A DNA stretch of 64,000 nucleotides from Azolla caroliniana (lineage: Eukaryota; Plantae; Polypodiophyta): NCBI GenBank assembly GCA_043228905.1, contig JBHGNT010000008.1, forward strand, positions 19,778,001-19,842,000, in the 5' to 3' direction. Of the stretch, positions 12,059 through 23,640 are shown one piece after another. The first letter of the stretch is position 1. The number at the start of each line of letters is the position of its first letter. Under the pieces are notes generated by a model. It saw nothing but the letters and a program-made list of their open reading frames with translations. It had not been told where the DNA came from and did not search any database. The position numbers and the translations under genes are program-made.

Positions 12059-12983
12059 CAGGGCTGGATAATGGGTTCGATGTAGAAGGTACTGTCCCAC
12101 GGGCGTGCCATGTGTTACTCGACCGGCAAGAAGGCTTAAGGAGGTCCAAACCAGAGTGTGAAAGGAATAGTTTATTCGGGAACTGTTGTAATTAGTAGTC
12201 TTAATATATATTAATATATGAGAAGATGTGGACAGACGGACTGGAATCGGTATGCCGATCCGGATCCGGACCGATCCCGAAAAGGTGCCGGTTGGCATTG
12301 TTTTGTACTTCGCACCGGAGACCTCTATAAAGGCCCGGTTACAATGTAATCGACAGTGGTTAATTAATAGAACTTATTGCCTTAATCTTTCAGTATTGAT
12401 TACCGTTCTGTACTCATTGTTATATCTTACGCGTGTTAATGATGTATTGCTAAGTAACCGATTAAGGTCTAATTAAGCGTTTTGTCGTAAGTCATCTTGC
12501 CGTAACACCCTTTGGTGAAGTGTCTTATTTGGAGACCCAGTGTTAGGCTGTTGTCCGGCGCTAGGATTAACAGCCACTATTACCTTAATTGCAGTCGTTG
12601 ATGCTTTAACTCCCGTTGTTGGTTCCTTTGCCCACATCTTCTTGTATCCCTGTGTACCATACTACTACCCTACACCCTAATGGACGAGACACACATGGCC
12701 CTTGAGGAGGGGAGCTTTGCATGGATTGTCTACGTTCAGAGCAATCTCTGCAACCCTAAACCCCATCCCGCCATGCTTAACCCTAAACCCTAAACCTAAT
12801 CATATGGCATATTTAATATTTCGTTTTAAGAATAAAAACTTTCAATACAATTCACAAATCTCATGTTTCCCACAAGAGGGTAGATGCTAGCAAGATCCAC
12901 ACAATGATCACATTGTGACTCTCATTTAGAACATTGATAGCAATAACTCGATAAGCTATCGAAAACCACCAATCATTGGCATT

Positions 12984-13075
12984 GTTGTGGCGGATCTCAT
13001 ACCAATGCTACACTAGTAGTTAGCTTATGAAGTTGTGGCGGATCTCATACCAATGCTACACTAGTAGTTAGCTTT
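12984..13075. repeat. Direct duplication of about 43 bp
   Basis: GTTGTGGCGGATCTCATACCAATGCTACACTAGTAGTTAGCTT occurs twice. Confidence 0.9.
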
Positions 13076-13643
13076 TCATAAGCTTCGATTGCCATGGATA
13101 GACTACGAACGAATAATATTTCTTCATAGATATTAATTTACTTCCTTTGTTTAGTTGTAATGTTTATTTTTGTGTTTTAGGTAGTTAATCAATTGTTTTT
13201 TCAGAATAGTTAGAATTATTTTTGTTAATTTTTCCTTGGTATTTTTTTGCTTAAGCAATTGACCCTTTAATCCTAGATTAATTGTTAATAGTTGATTAAC
13301 CATCCCAAATATAGTAAACATTCAGTTAAGTATATCATTCTATAAACTACACCTTTTTGGGGAGATAAAAATCCATATCAAAAGAATTACATTGTTTCAT
13401 TACAAATTTACATCAAATCTAATTGAAACTATGTTTCGAACATTAAAAACAAAAGACAATATCATCTATAAAAATAAGATTTGGAAGTTTTTCTCTATTT
13501 CACACCAAAATCATGTAAGGTACAAGTAAGTTACCATCGCCCTTCTTTACAAGTAGGTTACCGGATTTGTGGGGGAAATTGTAGCAAGAGTTGATTGATT
13601 GAGTTGTATATAGTAACCCCTCTAAGGTTAGCCCCTATGGATT

Positions 13644-14227
13644 TGTTGGGAAACAAGTCCTTCCGAATGGGAACAACCCGAATCGAATCGGATGGAGTCA
13701 ATAGGCAACTCGGTCGACGCCTAATCGAATGATCGATCATCGAACAATAACCGATTCGGTCAATAGCCGAATCGGCCGAATCCAATTGGGTTATACATGT
13801 AAATAGCCTACATGTGCCTATTGAGGATGTTTGCAAATAGTCTTGAATATTGTATTAGTATAAGTACACATAGGGAAATCATTATGTTATGTGGTTGTTG
13901 ATCATTATTGTGTAGTTACTATGGGTTGTTGCTTCTATAACTAGAGAATGAGAGAGATTACGTGAGAGACTTATAACTCTATACTCATCTGTTAGACGAA
14001 GAAAGACTCGAGGCCAGTGCCTTGTAGGTTCTTATTGTATTCCTCTTACTATTGGTGTTTTGGTTCGGAGTTCGAGGACTCTTGTGGTTTTTCCCACTTC
14101 GGGTTTTCCATGTAAATATCTTGTGTCTTTGTACTTTTGTATTATGTTGACTGTGTAGTGTCGACTTTGCCCTTTGCCCCCGCATACGTATTAGACTTAA
14201 CCAGTTTTGGCTGGTCAATTCTCATCA
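13644..14227 (+). mobile_element. Solo LTR, Tork/Tnt1-like copia
   Basis: TGTTGGGA...CTCATCA ends, TATA (~13936) and the GGTTTTTCCC..GGGTTTTCCA motif seen in the LTR at 1161; degenerate TSD GGATT/AGATC. Confidence 0.7.
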
Positions 14228-14410
14228 AGATCTTCCTACATTTACTTCTTTGTATTTTGTTTGCTAACTAATGTGTAGTGTTTTGTTTTTTTAAAAAAAT
14301 AAAATAAAAATCATGTAAGGTCATTTGCCTACTTTTAGCTATAAACTTAAAAATAATGGAAAATTTTGCCTCTCGAATGATTCTACCAACACTAAATAAA
14401 GCTGATATTA

Positions 14411-14760
14411 TCCACCACCGACAATATCCCCTCAACTCCTATTAATGCCAAAGCTCAAGTTGTGTTTGAATTGGTCAGCCGAATAGCACTTTCGATTCTC
14501 TGTAAACAACGATCTAGATGGGTCTTATCCAATCAAACCGTACATCAGGCGATGTTACTATAAGAGATATGGAGCGAAGTTGTAGCCACACTAAAGAGCC
14601 AATATGATGGCCTCATGGGCAGAAGCGAAAGATAACGATTAGCATTCATCCAACAATGCTCCATCCTCTCCCTTTCATGAGTCAATTGGCCTCCACATAA
14701 GATGGAACTATTTGTAAAAGTTTATAACTAATGGGAGTTTGTTTTGGAGTTAAGAAAAAA
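14411..14760 (+). mobile_element. Short retroposed insertion (5'-truncated LINE/SINE-like) with A-rich tail
   Basis: Flanked by AAAG(C/T)TGATATTA direct repeats and ends in AAGAAAAAAA; a related empty site lies at about 41965-42035. Confidence 0.45.
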
Positions 14761-14959
14761 AGTTGATATTACTTAGTTTCTTTGTTTTGGATTAAAGTAT
14801 GTTGATGTCTTGAAGACATGAACATGAAGGCATCACCTAGACTCGAACCTAGGAACTTGTAATTTACATAATTGAAAACCCCAACGATTAAGATAGCCTA
14901 TTGTCATATAAGATGATAAAAGCTACTTTTTGTAATATATTCATTATTGTAAAAGCTTG

Positions 14960-15006
14960 GAACATTCTAGAATATCCTAGAACATTTTAGAATATTCTAG
15001 AACATT
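14960..15006. promoter_or_regulatory. Heat-shock-element-like nGAAnnTTCn array in the LTR of element D (second copy 41655-41727)
   Basis: GAAcaTTCtaGAAtaTCCtaGAAcaTTTtaGAAtaTTCtaGAA lies about 30 bp upstream of the TATA box. Confidence 0.55.
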
Positions 15007-16119
15007 ATATAAAATCTCTAGGCTATTCTATAGGAACCTATAAATAGAGACATATATGTGTTACCGGTTAGGAACACATGCCACCCTCAGTTGTTCAGGG
15101 AAGACGGCTACAACCTAACCTCTATAGGGGCGTAGCACCCAATGCGTACTTACCTTGTGTTTACTGCAACACAGTCTTGTACAGAGAACACGACACAGAA
15201 ACAAGAGACCAATACGCAGAACACAAAGATCAAAGAAGATAAACTTATATTAAAACGTCACTCTCATAATACGCTAGCTCTTTACAAAGGTCTCTCACCC
15301 TTTATATACACAAGGCTTCTAATTGGCTACGCTCCTTGCGTACAACCAATACACGCGTTACTTTAACGCTCCTAATATGTCCGGCGGTTACAATTCCGGC
15401 AGACAACACTTGGCACGTGTTACGGGCATGACCATATAATATCCCGTGGTGAGAATTTACCGTAGTATTCTATACACGTGGATAAGTGTGAGGGTTAAAC
15501 GAGATTGTAAAGTAGGGGAGGATTACTTTTAATCCTCAGGATTGAGACAACCCATTAGGCCAAGTGTGAACATGGCTGGGGGCCTTGGGTATCGCTATAA
15601 ATAAGAGGCCTAGCTACCCTCATTTGAGGATCTTGTTGACTACGTCGAGACTTTGTCTTGTGGTGGGTCAACTCTTGTAGCGAGCGCGCCAGCACCAGGT
15701 ACGACTCGACACCACGGCGGTGGTATGGGACGCCAATCGAGGCTCGAGTCCGTCTCGATCCCTTCGCTCGGGGGTGGTCGGGTGGATCGGCACCCTTCTT
15801 TCTCTCTCTCCTTTCTATCTAGATCTATATTCTATCCTTATCTAATGCTTACATTAGTTCATGTCTCTAATAGTTGGTATCCGAGCTCATTTTCTAATGT
15901 TTCTTTTGTTGTCTTTTGTGTTCTTGATTGATGGCGATCAATCTACGTGCGGTCGGCTTTCATGCAGACAAGGATCAACAAAGGAACTTTGGTAATCTTT
16001 CTTGTTTTTTTGTCTATTTTTTCTTCTCCCATCTAATCATGTGTATGGTTAATATGAAGATTTTTTCCATTAATTCAATGATGTTCTAGTGGTAATTCAT
16101 TTGTTGTATAAAATGTTTA

Positions 16120-16600
16120 CATATGTGTATGAGGTCAATACCTCAGTTGATGTATATTGAATATGTGATGAGTGTCGTATGTGCATGAGGTTAATACCTC
16201 AATTGCGTATTACGTTCACAAACATATGTTACGTTTGCTTATGAGGTCAATACCTCATTTGATGTATATTGAATATGTGATGAGTGTCGTATGCGCATGA
16301 GGTTAATACCTCAATTGCGTATTAAATTCACAAACATATGTTACGTTTGCTTATGAGGTCAATACCTCATTTGATGTATATTGAATATGTGATGAGTGTC
16401 GTATGCGCACAAGGTTAGTACCTCAATTGCGTATTACGTTCACAAACATATGTTACGTTTGCTTATGAGGTCAATACCTCGATTCGTTGTAAATGATATG
16501 CGTTTGGTCTCGTAGGCATAATAGGTCAATACCTCAATTGCGTATTACAATTAACCCTTATCTTGGGATGTCTCATGTGCGTAGAGGTATATGCCTCGAT
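16120..16600. repeat. 56-bp-period array of hairpin motifs (112-bp higher-order unit) in the 5' leader of C
   Basis: TGAGGT(C/T)AATACCTCA or variants at 16130, 16186, 16242, 16298, 16354, 16410, 16466, 16522 and ~16583, with alternating spacers. Confidence 0.9.
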
Positions 16601-17791
16601 TACGAATCTCGATTACGTCATTTTTGGGTATTAAATATAACGATTTGATTAATATAGGCATATATGGTCACGTGTATACATAGTTGATCATATATATGTG
16701 ATAATATACATATGTGTATATAAGTTATTACGTGATTTTAAATCGAATGTTTTCCTTTTCGGGGAAAGGATCTTGGTGGCCATCCTCACATTTTTGTGAG
16801 AATAGCGTTGTCACCATCCCTTTTTTCAACAATTTTTTATTGTTGAAATCCCCATTGGTGACTTCAATATTTCGTTACGTAAAGAAACGCCTATAGCCAT
16901 AATGATGTTGAGTACGTAGGGCTTGACCCAGTTCATGTGAGGTCGCTCCTATGACACACGTATCCAACATCCAGCCCTCATTACATGGATACGATGCCAC
17001 CATGAGATCATTCTTAGGAGAGGCATTCATAATGATGTGACCATGTGATGGACCACGTGGGCCTACTATGAAAAGAGGGCTCATTTGGCTTGACCATTAC
17101 GTTGCACTTTGGCGTATGCCATTGTAATTACGAGACTTGAGGTTAGGTAACATATCAACATAGTTGTAGTAAATGAGGGCGAAATAAGGACTCTTGACAT
17201 ATATGTTTCTTTTAAAAAAACATATATGGGCAAATGCCTCGCATATCTCTTATACACATGAAGCATTAAACATTCAAGAAGAGCAACCTATTTGGTTGGC
17301 TCAAGTGTTTAATGCATTTGTTCTCGAGGTCTCGAGTTCAAATATGACCAAGACCATACAACATTGTTGATACATATGACTATAACACATGTTTAGACTT
17401 GAGGTCTAAGTGCACTTCGGGGTCCTCGTAATAGGACTTAAAGAGCCAAAACCACATATGTGGGCATAGAAACATAGTTTATTATTAACATTTTTTCGTG
17501 TATAAACTATTCATGACGCGAACATACATGGTTGAGCCTCGGGGAGCCACCATGAAAAACATCGATATAGAGATAAGGGAAAGAAATTCATTTATCACCC
17601 CCATGGTTTTTAAAACACCTTTGTGTTACCATAGTAACCTGATCGTGAACCTCATCTCATACGTCTAGAGGGGTATTGACGTGAGATCATGATATTGATT
17701 AATGTTTGCCCATGATATGTTTACATCATGACATGATGTTATGACTATTTCTCTAACCTTATCCTATTTCTCTTCCAGAAATAATCATTTA

Positions 17792-20700
17792 ATGGCTCAA
17801 AATAACGACCCGATGTCATCCGCTCAAGCGGAAGGAAGTCAAGGGAATCCTCCTAGACAAATGTCCATTGAGATGTATTTTTCGCAAATAACCCAATACC
17901 TTAGTTTCACCGCTCAACAGATGACCGAACTTCGGCAATCTCAAAGTGCTCTCAAGGCACGTGTCATTAGTTTACAACGTGAGACTAATAGACCTGATGA
18001 GCGACAAGGTGAACCATCGTTTGTCGTTAAGCCATTTACGGGAGACAAAAAGGAAAGAGCCAACGAAGCAATCTGCACGTGGCTGGGCCGATGGGAGTCT
18101 CATTTTGAGCTCTATCCCATGCCAGATAGTACGAAGATTGCATATGTCGGCCGAGAACTAGGGGGTAAGGCCGCTGCCTGGTGGCGTGGGCTCCGTACTT
18201 TGGGGAAATTGCCCGATACTTGGACAGATTTTGTCACAGTTTTCAAGGGCCAATTTCTGCAACCTCCCTCTCGAACCGAGGCAGCACAAGCTTTAATGAA
18301 CCTCTCTAGCAGGAAGTTTTGATCGCTAGAAGACTATGTTCACCATGCTAGATCCCAATCCAAAAATCGGGCCTAGAAGGGGACAATTGGTTAATAGTTT
18401 GTTTTGTCAAGGGCATCCCCAATTCGGACTATCACTGGATAGTGCACGATAGGGATCCAAAATCCTTCGAAGAGGCTGTTGAAATAGTTCTTCGCTATCA
18501 ACGCACTTCAAAGAAGGAACACAATAAACCCAACGAAGCGCTCGGGACTAAGCAGTCGCAATTCGCTGGGAAACGCAAGAAACCCAATGAATTCATGGAT
18601 CACGATTTTAAGCGACAACATCCATTTTGCGTATTCTGGAAAAAGAAGGGTCATACAAAAGAACAATGTCGAAAGCTCCAACGGAAAGAGCACGACAACA
18701 AAGCTAAAGATGCAGACCATAAAGGTTAGATTCCTAATGTCCTTCAGGTCTATACACATCATTTAAGTAATTGTCAATGTTCTTTCCCTCACTATGTATT
18801 AGGTCCCAATGATTTACTACGTGCAAATGGGTATATCAATGGATCTCCTGTACAATTTTTATTTGATTCGGGAAGGTCACACAACTTTGTTAATGATCAT
18901 TTAATTCAGATATGGGGAATCCAACCCACCGTAAGTGATCGCACCTACACGGTGCACTTGGCTGATGGAAGAGTACAATACATCAACAGGGCGATTCATT
19001 CATTAGGAATTTCTATTAATACTTATATAGAGGAAGTAGACTTCCATGTAATGAATCTTTGTACCACTGATGTAATACTGGGTTATCCCTGGTTTTATAA
19101 TAAAAACTCTTCTTTATCTATTGATTGGGTTCATCATTCAATAACATTTGTACTGAATGACTGTACTCATTTTATTCAATTTGTCAAAAAACAATTCCTC
19201 TCGATTGTTTCCTCGTGTCCATCAATATCTGAGTTGTCTTGTTCTACTCTATTTTATTGTGTACTTGATCCGAACATTCACATTTACAATATCGATAATG
19301 TCTCGGTTCAATTAACATATTTTGAACAACAACAACTTGATGAAATCTGAAATGATTTTTGTGATGTTTTTCTGAGTGAACTACCATATGGTTTACCTCC
19401 TAAACATAATATAGACCATCGTATAGATATTGTACCTGGCATTGAACCAATAAGTATACCTCCTTATAGCTTAAGTCGATCCTAGGAGGATGAGGTATCT
19501 AAGCAACTCAAGGACTATTTACGAATGGGTTATATACATTATAGTAAATCTCCATGGGGTGCACCAGTTCTCCTGGTTAAAAAGAAAGAGGGCACATGGT
19601 GTATGTGTATTAATTACTGACGCTTGAACAAAGTGACGATCTAATTGACCCGGGCTAACGATCTAATTGACCGTCTCTAGGGAGCTCAGTATTTTACGAA
19701 ATTTGATCTCTGTACTGGCTACCATCAAATTCGTATAAGTGAGCACGATGTTCCTAAAACGACATTTCGTACAAGCTATGGCCATTATGAGTTTTTGGTT
19801 ATGCCTTTTGATTTGACCAATGCTTCGACTACATTTCAACAAGAAATGAATGAAATTGGCCGAGAACAACTTGGAAAATTTGTCGTTATTTTCTTGGATG
19901 ATATTTTAGTTTATAGCCGTACATTACAATAACATGCTAAACATGTCCGCTTTGTTTTACAAACATTGCGTGACAAACAGTTTTATGCGAAGATCTCAAA
20001 ATGTGAGTTCTTCAAGAAATCAATTACTTATCTTGGACATCTCATAACTGAACGAGGAGTTGAAATTGATCCTTCTCGCATCGAGAAAATCAAGCTTTGG
20101 CCCACTCTTCGGAATATTCGAGAAGTTCGATCATTCCTTGGTTTTGTCGGGTTTTTGCGAAAATTCCTTCGTAATTACTCCCAATTGACGACGTCGTTTA
20201 CTGATCTTCTAAAAGGTTAAACGCGTAAGTCTACAAAACCTATAGTTTGGAATGGTACACTAGACCTCGCCTTTAAGGAACTCAAGGACTTGGTACGCAA
20301 GGCTCCTTCACTTCTTTTACCTGATCCTTTAAAACCTTTTGAGGTTGAAATCGATGCAAGCAATTATGCTATAGGTGTTGTCTTATATCAAGATGGTAAA
20401 CCAATAGCATTCGAGAGTAAGAAACTTGATTCTGCTTAATGTCGGTATATCGTTCAAGAAAAGGAATTATTTGCAGTTATACATGCGCTCAAATCATGAC
20501 GCCATTATCTTTATGGAAATCGCTTTGTGGTAACTACGGACCACGAGTCCTTGATATATTTTTGTGACCAACAAGACCTGAAAGGTCGTAAGGCACGATG
20601 GGCTGATCTCATCTAGGACTTTGATGTTTCCATACGATATCGTAAAGGTTCCATGAACACTGTCATTGATGCACTAAGTCACATCCGTGAAGTTAACATG

Positions 20701-22895
20701 CTTAGCTTCACCGAAATAACATCAGATCTTTATGATCACCTTCGAGGAAAGTATCCTGATGATAGTTATTTTCCAAAATACTAGGCAAGAGTTGAGTCTG
20801 GAATAGACACCACCACATCGTCGAAGGAATACTTCCACATTGCTAATGGTCTGCTCTACCGTAAACCCTAAACCCTTTCTGTTCCAGATTTACCCGAGGT
20901 CATAAAGAGTATTCTTTTTTAATGCCATGATGCACCCTCAGCAGGGCACCCTGGAATACATCGTACACTCGTTCTCATCTCCACTCAATTTTATTGGCCT
21001 AAGATGCGTCCTGACATACATAGCTATGTGACTAAATGTCACCAATGTCATGTTAACAAAGCCGAGCGACTTAAAGCCGCAAGACTTTTACATCCCTTGG
21101 ACATTCCCAACAATAAGTGGGAAAGTATATCCATGGATTTTATTGTTAGCCTTCCTCGCACCCAAAAAGGCCATGATGCAATCTGGGTTATGCTTGATAG
21201 ACTAACTAAAATGGCCTGATTTATTGCAACTAAAACTACGGTAACAGCTCCTGAATTGGCTTACCAATTCATTGGCGAGTTATTTCGTTTTTATGGGTTA
21301 CTAATGGATATCGTAAGGGATCGAGGTCCAAAGTTTACTAGTCACTTCTAGACGCAATTCTTTAAGAAGTTAGAAACTACGTTGATCATGAGCTCCACGG
21401 ATCATCCTCAATCCGATGGACAGACAGAACAAGTAAATCAAATTATTGAGGACATGCTTCGAGCATACGTTGGTACAAAACCAACAAAATGGGAACGTTT
21501 TCTCCCAATTCTAGAGTTTGCTTATAACAGCTCCAAGCATACGTCGACGGGATATAGTCCTTTTATGTTGATATATGGTTTTTAGCCACGAGCCCCGATT
21601 GATGTTAATATACATCATGATGAGTTGCGAAGTACGCAAAACTTTCTTTGGGATATGCAAGATATTTTGCATATTACACGAGATAATATAAACACAGCTC
21701 AAGATAGAGCACGTTTTTATGCCGATCATAATAGGCAACCTCGTGTATTCAACCCTAGACAGAAGGTATTTTTACGTTGTCGTAGTGTATTTCGTACACT
21801 ACGTGAAAAAGTAAAAATAATATAACCGATTTAATTACATATAAATAAATAAAATAAGAATATCAAGATATTTATCACGTGCATAGGGCAGATTTGAACC
21901 TTGTACCTCCACGTAGCCAAACCTCAACTTTACCATTATGCTACCTTATCTTTAGTGTTCTATAAATAGATTTAATAACTATAATTGCTTTATTTGCACC
22001 TACCTTTATTAAAAGGTAAATCATGCATTTTTAGAGTGCGTGAATATTTTATAGAAAAACGCAAGCAACTAAAAAGTGACTCATGCACATCTAGCGTGCA
22101 TGAGCACTATATTTAGCAAATAAAAGCAAGGATTAGAAAAGCATCACATGCACATTTAGTGTGCATGAACATATTAGAAAAAGCATGTAGCTATGCTTAG
22201 TCTCTCCCATCACTATATAAGGATGGGGAGCACATTGTAGTTTTTGTTTATTATTTTTCTATAATGATCAATCAATCTAAAATATTCGTGGGATTCACGA
22301 ATTTGCTAAAATAATTCTCTCTTACTACCTAAATATTGACTAAATATACTAAACTCGTGGGATTCACGAGATTCTTATCTTATAACTCTTTATACCTATT
22401 CTTTACTAGCCTTATTTGTATTTTTCTTTCTCCTAGTCCAAAACCTCGGCGGTTCCCACCCGACTCACGCAACGATCCGGAGCCGAAAGGCACGACAACG
22501 TGTACCTCACAATTCTAAGACATTGTCTAAGGGTAAGTTTGCTAAGTTAACCCCACGGTTTTGTGGACCTTTTATAGTCCTCAAACGTATTGGGTCATCA
22601 GCCTATTGTCTCGCTCTTGCTAATGGTGTTGAAATTCATTCAGTTTTTCATGTGAGTCGTCTAAAAGAACTTTTAGATTCTGGCGACAATACAGTTATAA
22701 CTGAAACTCTGGTTACTTCTGAAGAATTATCTTCTAAACCACATGTAGCAGAAAGAATTCTCGATGTTAAAACAAAAAAATTACGTACTAAAGAAATTTG
22801 AGAATTTAAAATAAAATGGATGGATAAATCAATAAAAGATGTCACATGGGAACGCGAAAATACTCTCAAAACTAACTTCCCTAATTTTTCATTGC
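17792..22895 (+). pseudogene. gag-pol: gag-pol of element C with a C-terminal chromodomain, interrupted by a solo LTR
   Basis: Gag LGGKAAAWW; PR LFDSG.SHNFV; [26 protein letters not shown]; RH DASNYAIG; INT WESISMDFI, HPQSDGQTE, KLTPRFCGPF; chromodomain ERILDVKTKKLRTKEI..FKIKW....DVTWE. Confidence 0.92.
21778..22497. mobile_element. Solo LTR (720 bp) inserted in the integrase of C
   Basis: TGTCGT...ACGACA termini; 4-bp TSD ACGT at 21774-21777 and 22498-22501; removing it restores the integrase frame FLRVPHNSKTLSKGK. Confidence 0.85.
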
Positions 22896-23640
22896 AAGAG
22901 TGCAATGTTTTAAAGAGGGGGAGTATGTTACAGGCATGCCCATATAATATCCCCTGGTGAGAATTTACCGTAGTATTCTATACACGTGGATAAGTGTGAG
23001 GGTTAAACGAGAGTGTAAAGAAGGGGAGGATTACTTTTAATCCTCGGGATTGAGACAACCCATTAGGCCAAGTGTGAACATGGCTGGGGACCTTGGGTAT
23101 CGCTATAAATAAGAGGCCTAGATACCGTCATTTGAGGATCTTGTTGACTACGTTGAGACTCTGTCTTGTGGTGGGTCAACTCTTGTAGCGAGCGCGCCAA
23201 CATCAGGTACGACTCGACGCCACCGCGGTGGTATGGGACACCGATCGAGGCTCGAGTCCGTCTCAATCCCTTCGCTCGGGGGTGGTCGGGTGGATCGACA
23301 CCCTTCTTTCTCTCTCTCCTTTCTATCTAGATCTATATTTTATCCTTATCTAATGGTTACATTAGTTCATGGCACGTCGAACCCATCCGCTTCCTATTCG
23401 TCGCCCAAAATGTCGAGGATGTTCGGCTCCGTTCGTTTGTTATGCACCTGAGGAAGCATGATGTCCGTAGGTGCTTCGCGGGTATGCTGAGCTAGTGTGT
23501 CGGTTTCCGTGTTGTCCTCGTCAGACAGCTCCGTTAGTTCACCATGCACCGGAGACGACGTTGTCTCGAAAATACGATGAGGATACGTGAACTTTGAAGC
23601 AGGACCCCGGGGCCTCCGACCGGAAGATATCAAATTCGTA

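Larger units (their letters stand above)
2561..12572 (+). mobile_element. Element A: full-length Athila-like (non-chromovirus) Ty3/gypsy LTR retrotransposon, decayed
   Basis: 460-bp LTRs at 2561-3020 and 12113-12572 (TGTTAC...TTAACA, about 25-30 mismatches by eye). 5-bp TSD GCCAC at 2556-2560 and 12573-12577. PBS TGGCGACCAC at 3028-3037. Order gag-PR-RT-RH-INT plus an extra ORF. Confidence 0.95.
15418..23371 (+). mobile_element. Element C: chromovirus-type Ty3/gypsy (Reina/Tekay/Galadriel-like) nested in B
   Basis: LTRs 15418-15872 and 22926-23371; PBS-Met TGGTATCCGAGC at 15875-15886; PPT AAAGAGGGGGAG at 22912-22923; flanking duplication (TG)GCACG. Confidence 0.93.

Noticed and set aside
12060-12112. 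Functional tRNA gene
   Set aside because: Only the T-arm and acceptor 3' half resemble tRNA, with a 13-nt interruption and no anticodon arm; treated as a cis motif.
2561-12572. Element A is really minus-oriented (PBS at 12094-12110) with an inverted interior
   Set aside because: The LTR TATA, a separate 5' PBS and all ORFs are on +, and B shows the same layout.
16120-16600. CRISPR-like array (palindromic repeat plus ~40-nt spacers)
   Set aside because: Spacers are themselves repeated (A/B alternation), there are no cas genes, and it lies in a eukaryotic retrotransposon leader.
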